DNA from: Callorhinchus milii
Taxonomy: Eukaryota
DNA: 64,000 bases
Reading direction: 5' to 3'
Assembly (NCBI RefSeq): GCF_018977255.1
Contig: NW_024704749.1
Location: 9,734,001-9,798,000 of the forward strand
Within the stretch, counting starts at the first letter, position 1; each line of letters starts with the position of its first letter. The position numbers and the translations under genes are program-made. The notes under the pieces are model-generated. The model saw only the letters and a program-made list of their open reading frames with translations. It made no database searches and was not told the origin of the DNA. Positions 49,676-64,000 of the stretch are shown here, in pieces.

Positions 49676-49774
49676 GGCCACGTGGTTCCAACGGTCCAAA
49701 CGCCCTGCGCTCGTGCGCACCACGTGCTCAAACCGTCCACGTGCTCAAACCGTCCACGTGCTCAAACCGTCCAC
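49676..49774. promoter_or_regulatory. Four CACGTG E-boxes, three of them in a 17-bp tandem repeat (CCACGTGCTCAAACCGT x3), upstream of gene B
   Basis: GGCCACGTGG at 49676-49685. Repeat units at 49720-49736, 49737-49753 and 49754-49770. Confidence 0.6.
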
Positions 49775-49834
49775 CTGCCCCCCCCCCCCCACAAGCCAAC
49801 CATGCGGGAAGCGCGGGCACCGCCGCAGGCGACG

Positions 49835-50328
49835 CGGGCACCACAGGTAATGTGTAACATGGGCACCACAGGTAACGTGTAACATGGGCACCACAGGTAA
49901 GCCATAGGTAACGTGGGCACCACAGGTAACGTGGGCACCACAGGTAACATGGGCACCACAGGTAACATGGGCACCACAGGTAACATGGGCACCACAGGTA
50001 ACATGGGCACCACAGGTAAGCCATAGGTAAGATGGGTACCACAGGTAATGTGGGCACCGCGCAGGTAACGTGGGCACCGCGCAGGTAACGTGGGCACCAC
50101 AGGTAACGTGTAACATGGGCACCACAGGTAAGCCATAGGTAACGTGGGTACCACAGGATTACATGGGCACCACAGGTAACATGGGCACCACAGGTAAGCC
50201 ACAAGTAAGATGGGCACCACAGGTAACATGGGCACCACAGGTAAGCCACAAGTAAGATGGGCACCACAGGTAACATGGGCACCACAGGTAAGCCACAAGT
50301 AAGATGGGCACCACAGGTAAGCCATAGG
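49835..50328. repeat. Minisatellite, 18-bp core GGGCACCACAGGTAACAT with variant units
   Basis: About 20 copies of GG(G/T)CACC(A/G)CAGGTAA, with short inserts GTAAC(G/A)T or GCCA(T/C)A(G/A)GTAA. Confidence 0.97.
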
Positions 50329-52576
50329 GAGCATCGCCCTTTTAGTGACAATATAATGAGTACTTGGCCTGCTTCGTGCTCCCTGCTCGATCCACCCCAC
50401 TGTTGGCGAAGGAGCTCTCAGCCATTCTGCCCCTGTTGTCTGGAACTCCATCCAGGGGGTTCCTGTGACTCACTTTCATCCTGCCCACTCTAAAGGACCA
50501 TCTTCAGATGGTCATCTGTCCGGCCCCCAACCCTTCTTCAGCTCCCCTGCCCAGCTCAGGTGCTCAACCAGATGTTCCAAGTGCTTTGAGACATTTCCCT
50601 CCCCCACCTCCAACGCGTGAAAGGTGCTTTTATTGTATTGTAAATTGTATTGTATCACATAATGACTCCCTAATATGTAGCGGTACATTGAAAATAAGAT
50701 ACGAGCAAAAAGCTGTACAATTTTGGCAATTTTATTTTGCTGTCAACATCAATACAACTATACGCATTTTTTTTTCTGAAAACTGAATAATTTTCTGAAG
50801 GAACATTTGAGGTTTTGCCCTGCCTCATGCTATCCATTGATGTATTGCTTCTGGTTAGACCAACCCACTAAATTTCAATGTACACCTGCATCATGAACAT
50901 CGGGCGGGATGTGATATGACAAACATTGATAACCAAACCAGGTTTATTTTCAATCAGAAATAAATGCAAAACATATTTTTTGATCATTCACACTGGAGAG
51001 AGAAAATGGTGTTGAGGAAATGTGCAAAAATGTTTTGTTTAAAAAAAAGTTAAAATCATCGTGAGCAATCATCCTCTAACACAGTGTAAAACAGCACTAG
51101 AACTTGAAAAAACACTGCCTGTGATGAATTGGATGCTTATAGGATGCATTTATGTAAGTTTAAATGTGAAATACGGTAAACAAAAAACTGTTTTAAAATT
51201 AATGTTCCAAATTTTTAACCAGGATTGAATTTTTGCAGAAAAATTATAACAGTTTGGTTTGGGGGCATTCTTTCCTGTGCAGAATTTTGTCTCTTCCCAC
51301 CAACATCCAGCCAGCAATTTCTAAGGTACTTTTACCTTTAATTGATTATACAAAGTTAAAGACATAGAGACAAATTTAGCAGTCTTCAGTCTCAACCAGC
51401 ATTACTTGAAAGTCACTCATTTTATGAGCAGATAGAGTTAGATTCACATGACATACTGGAGAGCAGAAAAGCCACTTGTAAGCTGGTCACAGGTCCTGAG
51501 CAAAAGACCAACCCTTTGACATGTAATTAGTTTTGTTTTTAGTAACAATAATCCTTGTTTTGATATAGTGCTTTATTACTTCTTCGAGACGTCTCAAAGC
51601 GCTTCACAGAATATACTGTAAGGTGAATTGGCTGAGTATTTTGTGGGCAAAATGTTAGTTATTTAATAACTATACATCTGTTCCATAAACAAATTGTTGA
51701 ATGATGAATTGAAGAAAAGCTTGTCTTAATCTGCTCGTGAAGACTCACTTATAACTATATCTGCCCTCTTCAGCTAAAAAATAAACTGCATTACAGCTCC
51801 CCATTGCATATCCTAATAACATCCTTCTCAGTGCTAGAGAGGAACTGTGAACTCTGAAGCCCTTTGAATTAAACACGTGTCTGCAGAACATTCATTAAAT
51901 TTGTTATTAAACACTTTTTAATGCTTCAGATACATCTGTATTACTAACAAATTGTGAACTTAATAAAACATTTATGCAGAGCTTTGGCTTGAGTACAAAC
52001 AAACAGGATAACCATATTATTGGCCATCTCCTTCAAGGGAGAGGGGAGAGATGCACATTTAATTCAAACAGAACATAAAGAATGGTACTTCATTCTGCCT
52101 ATTTATGCTATTCACAGGAGGTGTTTCTTTATAACCCACCCTGAAATCAAATACCATCGCAGTTGCATGGCTAACCAGTGCATTTATCAATCATGCACAC
52201 TTTAAGAGCTAGCCATCCATTTTTAACATAATCCAGCCCATTTATCCTGTATAAAAGCATCTGTGTCCTGAACATCAGTGAAGAAAATTATGAATCTAAG
52301 GAACTGACAAATGTTCAGTAGTGATGTGTTAAAGAAAAGATTTTGTCAACACTTTTTTCAATACGACAAATAATGTTGTATCACAATGTTTCAGGAAAAC
52401 AATTAACTTCACAGTTCATTTTTAAGTAGGTCGTCCAGTGGCTGTCTTGTGGAAATATAGAAAACTGTAGGGTTTGGCCAAAGTCAGTTCATTGAATCCT
52501 TCCGATGGAGTCAAAGTTATTTCCAGGTTGGAAGGAACCATTCGAGGCAGAGACCAACACTATCGAAGGAATGCCA

Positions 52577-55500
52577 CTATCTCCTGATGGAAGCCAGGTA
52601 CGCGTACCAGAACAGAGCTACCAGATTAGCGAACAGCACCCGGAACTGAAAAGAGGGACAGTAAAAGGATCAAACCAAACAGGAGGAAAGGAAACACAGA
52701 CTTTGATCTTAGCTATAGAGAACTCCATACTAGAATCCACAATGATTTTATCTTTGAACTTGCAGCAACCCAGTAGCATTATTGGAAGCAAAATCATCTG
52801 CAAACAGAAGCACTGTAATTCTATCGGAAATGCCTGGATCAGACATACTAAATCCCTCTCTCTCAATGCCATTCAATACATTATTGATGAATACTGTGAA
52901 TAAAGTGGCGGATAGACAAATTTGCAATATCCCCCTTTTTAGAGACAAATGTTCAGTCAGTGTTCCATCAACCCTTAGCACTGATCTTAGATTTGGAATA
53001 CCTATCCTAGGTAAAACATAAGAGCTGACCATGCATTCCCATAGCTTTTAGCTTCTTCACGAGCTTCTTGAGGCACTAGTCTGAAATCCTTACAGAAATC
53101 AATGAACAGAACTTAATTGGGTTTCCGAAGTCTTACGAAGCTCTGAGACCTCATACAAAGCCACGAGGTGCCCCACACATTTCATTCACCTTGAAAGCTT
53201 TACATACTGGTTTTGTCTATACAGATATGTGTTGAAGAAGCATCACCTGCTTGCTAAAGGGTTACATAACACTCAGGCTGCAGATTTATTCCATCATTAT
53301 GCATAAATACTGTAAAACAACTTGTTACTTTAACTAAGGATAGGTCAGTGGCAGTTAAGCACCATGAGCAATTCCAAGATGAAATTTTAATATTAATCCA
53401 TGCAACCAGTGAATATACTGTACCTGAGGAGGAACGTAATTGATGTTAATGTATTGAAATATTGTCCAAACTTTCCAGTTCATTTTCAGAGCTATCCAGT
53501 AACTGGTCTGCATTTTATCCTTCAGTGCCTTCATTTTCTTCCCCTGTCATAGACAAAGTAATACAACATTCAGATCAACGGATTGCCTCAGACCTCCCAG
53601 CCCAGGTGATTGTATGGGACAGAATCCCTTCCATTAACCCTACTTTAATCACTCTGAATCAAAGATGATTATTAGAACTACTCCAACTCATAGACGAAAA
53701 CACGCTCCTTAGCTGAGCCAATCACGGGTACCATTGTTACAAGCACTCTGGGATGCTATCCTGCATGAGGGGCGCTATATAAATGCAAGTTGCTGTTGGA
53801 TATTAATAGCACCATAGCATTGGTTAAAATGATACGAGAGTATGTCCCAGTGCGCTGGCGAACAATCCTCCGATAAATTGGTCATTCACGCTGTGGCCAT
53901 TTGCAGGAACTTGCTGTGCTCCATGAAATAAAAGCAACCTTCTGAGCCAGGGGTAAGAGTGTTGCCAACAGAGCAAATGGATATTCACTGTGACCCACCT
54001 CGAGCATACTGATAACGAAGAAGAAAAGAGCCAGGAAGGCTGGAGCAAACACCAGACGATCTACAAGCAGTCTCTTTATTTGTGAGAATGCAACATTGGA
54101 TGGGATATACTTGTCCAGAAACTGATAGAAGAAGTGACTTAGAGGCCCTGTGAAAACCAGCCTGAAATCAAATAAAAATAAAGCAATGCATTGTAATATT
54201 TTGCAGCACAGAAATATGCCATTAGGTCCATCAAGTCTGTGCTAGTGTTTTTCTCCACATGAGCCAAATAATCTATTAGCACTCTCCTACTTGCTCCCAA
54301 TACCATTTAACATCCCTATATTTTTAATTCCTTAAGCATCCTTCAAAAATCTAATTCAAATGCACTTACTATTATTATTATAATTCATTATTTAGAGACT
54401 AAGGAATATGAAGTAAAAATTCTGTTCAGTGTTATACATTGGCGATACACCTGTTAGTGGCCACTGAGTTGATCATCAACAGTGCTCTGGAATATTACTG
54501 ACTGCCTGGCTCAGGTATCAGACTTCTGACCTCCATAGAGTACCTACTTGATTCTATTCTTCCATTACCATTTTGTATCCTTCCTTTATCAGGGTCCAGC
54601 AAACTGTACCAAATACTCAAAATATATGACCTAACTATAACTACGCCCTTGAATGTAAGTCTCCAGTCTGCTTACCCAAATACTCCAAATCTGATCGGAC
54701 CTCCAATGTCGAGACTCGTTCCTGTGTTTGGTTGCTTGCCCCTTCTCTCAATAACTTGGGACAGAATGTTTCCAAATCCTGAGAGGATTCCACTGCGAGG
54801 AAAATGAAATAATGAGTACAGTATTCTTATAAAACTATATTTGGGTGGGAGGAGTGGGGGAAGAGGAGTCAAGAAATTGTACTGGCAGTTTAATTTTAAA
54901 AGCTGTGGGATGTGGGTACTGCAAGATATTCCTAGTTTAAATACAGCAATATCCGAAGAGATTCCACTTGCAGATTAGGATAATAAGCAAACATGGAGCA
55001 TCTCCACATGTATTAGATTACACGTAGTTGTTTCGGCCACCAAATACATAGACAATCCACTTTTCAGTATACCCTTTGAGGCATTCTCCCAACATGAAAG
55101 CTGCTATATAAATGTAAAATTATTGTTGATTACATGCTCAATGTTAACAGCCATTTCATTCAAGGTTATTAACTCAAAAGGCAAAACTAACTTTGTGATT
55201 TGATCTAAACAACAAAGAAAATCGACTGCCCATGGAATGTTTGCATTTACAGAAATTCAAACTATTTTGAGTGAGTGAGAAGTTCCCTGATTCAATCGCA
55301 GTCTGTGCTGAGTTAACTCATTTCAATCAGGGCAATAGAATGGGTGCTATAGTTTCCTCAAAGTCCTGGGAAAGTGAACAATCACAATGGTTCCTGCTAC
55401 TGATTGATTTCAATGGACTCCTGCTAAAAATGCGCATATTGGTGATGGATGAAGATAGGATTCCAAGTTGGGTTCAGATGTAATTCTGCCCACAGTCAGC

Positions 55501-56862
55501 TAACATTCAATGCTAAACTCACAATGAAGAATTGCCACTAGGGTGAGGCTTACAAAAATACAAAAGATACCTGAAATGTATTAATAAGTGCAGTGACTGA
55601 CATATTATGTAAGTCTGTTCAGTGAAGCAGGCAGATCGCAAGGACAAAGTTGATGTTGACTACTGTTAACTTTTGTGTGTTCAAGTTACATATAATGTCA
55701 ATTTCACTTCAGCAAACTTTGCCCTGTTCAGTGTTTCTTGGGTAAATGATAAACCACTAGATTAACAGTGAACCCTGTGATCTGCACCTTCAATTAAAAC
55801 AAACATCTGGTTTCAGTGAGACTCAAGTGCCTTCTCCCTTAGGATCAAAATTAGCAAAATTAATAATAATCCTTGTATTTGATAAAGAGCTTTTCACGTC
55901 ATTGAGTCGTCTCAAAGTGCTTCACAGGATATACTGTAAATTGGATTGACTGTGTATTTTGTGGGCGAAACTCCGCAGCAACAACAACAACAACATTACA
56001 TTTGTATAGCGCCGTTTTCGTCGGGAGGACGTCCCAAAGCGCTGGACTGTCAGAGTTTCGGACATGAGTTGGGATTGGGGAGGGCAGGGGGGGGAAGCAG
56101 GTGATCAAAAGCACGGTCGAAGTGGAGGGTCTTGAGATGGGTCTTGAAGGAGGCAAGGGAGAGGGCAAGGCGGAGGGACTGTGGGATGGGAGTTCCAGAG
56201 GGGGGTGCAGAGTGCCCGCCCGCCAATGGTGGGGCGGGCGAGGTGGGGAACATGAATCAGGCTGGAGCCCGCTGAGCGGAGGGAGCGGGCAGGATGGTAG
56301 GGGGTTAGGAGGTCACAGAGGTAGAGTGGAGCAAGGCCAAGGAGGGCTTTGAAGGTGAGGACCAGGATCTTGAACTGTATCCTCGGTGTGATGGGAAGTC
56401 AGTGGAATCGGGCGAGGATGAGGGTGATAGGGTCACGGAGGCCCGGTGCCAGAGAGGACACAGGCTGCAGAGTTCTGGATGATCTGCAGCCGATGGAGGG
56501 AGAAGTTGGGGAGGCCGACACGCAGGGAGTTTGCATAGTCGAGCCTGAATGTAGTGAAGGCGTGTATGAGGGTTTCGCCGGCCAGCGGTGTGAGACAGCG
56601 GCGGAGGTGGGGGAAAGCATAGCTGAGGGTCAAACAAAACGCCAAGGCTCAGCCCGGCGGAGGGTGCTTCTGTGGACGGTGATGCCGTCTGCGCCCGAAG
56701 TGCGGAGACACTGACGGGAGCCAAACAGAAGGGGCCTCAGGTCCTGTTGGCGTTCAACTGAAGAAAGTTAGCGGTCAAACAGGACCTGGGGTCTGACAGA
56801 CAGTCTGTCAAGGAGAGCAGTGATCCTGGAGTCCAGGGGGGGAGGATTACATCATCATCTCT

Positions 56863-56893
<31 letters not shown>

Positions 56894-57275
56894 CATTTGA
56901 GGCTAAATGCAATTTGGGGCCTTGAGTCAAATACCTATACATTCATTGTGGGGGGAAGAGGAGAGAGGGGGTACGCGGGTCAAACCAAATCACCAGAGAC
57001 AACCAACGCACCGAAGGGAATAAGGATTTTTTTTTTTTTTTTTGCAATGCAACTCCTGCTTCAAACTTCCCGGAGCAGCTGCAGTGCCGGATTTCCCGGC
57101 TGTGGGGGGGTGGGGTGTGGGGGGTGAGGGGCCGTTTCCACGTTGGGCCGTCGCCGGTCGGTGCTCACCTGGTGACCGACTTGGTCGGGATCGGGTACTT
57201 CTTGAGCAGCAGCAGGTACTGTTGGAGTAAGAGTCGGTCGAAAGACCGCCCGGGCGCGGTGTGCCCCGCCATCAT
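52577..57275 (-). CDS. PXMP2: Peroxisomal membrane protein 2 (Mpv17/PMP22 family), 191 aa, 5 exons
   Basis: Exons 57275-57169, 54792-54676, 54161-53999, 53543-53424 and 52645-52577. Protein QYLLLLKKYPIPTKSVTSGILSGFGNILSQ...GPLSHFFY...DRLVFAP...KMNWKVWTIFQYININYVPPQFRVLFANLVALFWYAYLAS. It is head-to-head with POLE, as in human. Confidence 0.96.
52740..53110 (-). mobile_element. Decayed non-LTR reverse-transcriptase fragment in the last PXMP2 intron
   Basis: LKRGILQICLSATLFTVFIN...LLFADD corresponds to degenerate GVxQG..LS..LF and FADD motifs. An upstream FIDF motif lies near 53100. Confidence 0.7.
56040..56850 (-). mobile_element. L2-type LINE 3' portion
   Basis: AETLIHAFTTFRLDYANSL..GLP....RLQIIQNSAA, DPITLIL..FHW, SLASFKTHLKTLHF. 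Confidence 0.88.
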
Positions 57276-57786
57276 TCAATCACTGCCGACGGTAGGGGGG
57301 TGAGGGGGGGGGACGGACAGCTCCCGCTCCCCGAGAGCGACGCGCGCTCTCAGCGCGGCCGTAATTACCCGAATAGGAGGGCAGACGCAAATTTTTTTTT
57401 TCTCCACCGGAAGCGTTTTATTTCGGCGCTGTTCGGTCCATCACCAAACTGCGGTGCGGGAGTTCCTTGTATCCCTCCCACCCCGTGAGGGCTCACAACC
57501 CTTTATAGTAGTAGTAGTAGTAATGATGATGATGATCACCACAGGAGGGGTTCCGGTCCCGGTGCTCTCCGGCAGCCCCTGTTTATGATGTGCTCGCGTA
57601 CTCGGGGGATTACAGTAACACGGTGACGAGGAGGGAGGCGGGACTCCAAGCCCCGCCCCCGCCCCCCCGAGCATCCGACCAATCAGCGATCGGTCTCGCG
57701 GTGACGTCGGGCGACTCTCGCGAGAGCTGACGGCGGCGGCGGCGGCAGCGCGGGAAGGCGAAGCGGTCGGAGAGAGCAGCGGAGAC
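57276..57786. promoter_or_regulatory. Bidirectional CpG-island promoter shared by PXMP2 and POLE
   Basis: 511 bp between the divergent ATGs. GC boxes at about 57650-57667, CCAAT at about 57679, TGACGTC at about 57702, palindrome CTCTCGCGAGAG at 57715-57726, E2F-like GGCGGGA at about 57637. Confidence 0.85.
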
Positions 57787-63752
<5,966 letters not shown>

Positions 63753-64000
63753 TAGGATTTAATTCTTAACTGTTTTTATTGGTTCTTTGATCATTACTCT
63801 TATCTCTCCCAAGCTTCAAATGCATCATTCTTCATGCTCTTTCTCCTTCCTGCAGTTGACCTACAATAAGACTCCTTCGCTTGCTCTTAACTTAATCCTT
63901 CCCATGTCTACCTCATTATTCTCTTGTTCCTGCAACTTGCAAGTGTTTTTAAACACTAATTGTGGTGACACCTAACCACTTATTTTCCTGCTGTTTTTAA

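Noticed and set aside
49728-50493. Repetitive ORFs and a CRISPR-like appearance of the repeat array
   Set aside because: This is a head-to-tail minisatellite with no unique spacers and no cas genes, in a vertebrate context.

Overview
Vertebrate genomic DNA. The GT-AG introns and the DeuSINE-like, CR1 and L2 repeats suggest a cartilaginous fish; this is an inference from the repeat types. Left to right the window holds: TMEM17-like (-, 4 exons); an intronless acylphosphatase in a CpG island (-); a compact CARD8-like FIIND-CARD gene (+, about 434 aa); a large convergent gene (-, 24754-49574); PXMP2 (-, 5 exons); and the first 10 exons of POLE (+), which shares a bidirectional CpG-island promoter with PXMP2. 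The main finding is the large minus-strand gene, assembled by hand from phase-compatible exons into about 1345 aa. Its order is: N-terminal ubiquitin-like domain, FIIND#1 (intact His and F|S autoproteolysis site), a linker of about 475 aa from about 22 symmetric phase-1 micro-exons (with a DEVD site and repeated x-Q-T-E motifs), FIIND#2 (degenerate catalytic residues), CARD, and a hydrophobic C-terminal tail. I do not recognise this architecture among described NLRP1/CARD8/PIDD-type proteins. All gene models come from splice signals and reading frame only, with no transcript evidence.
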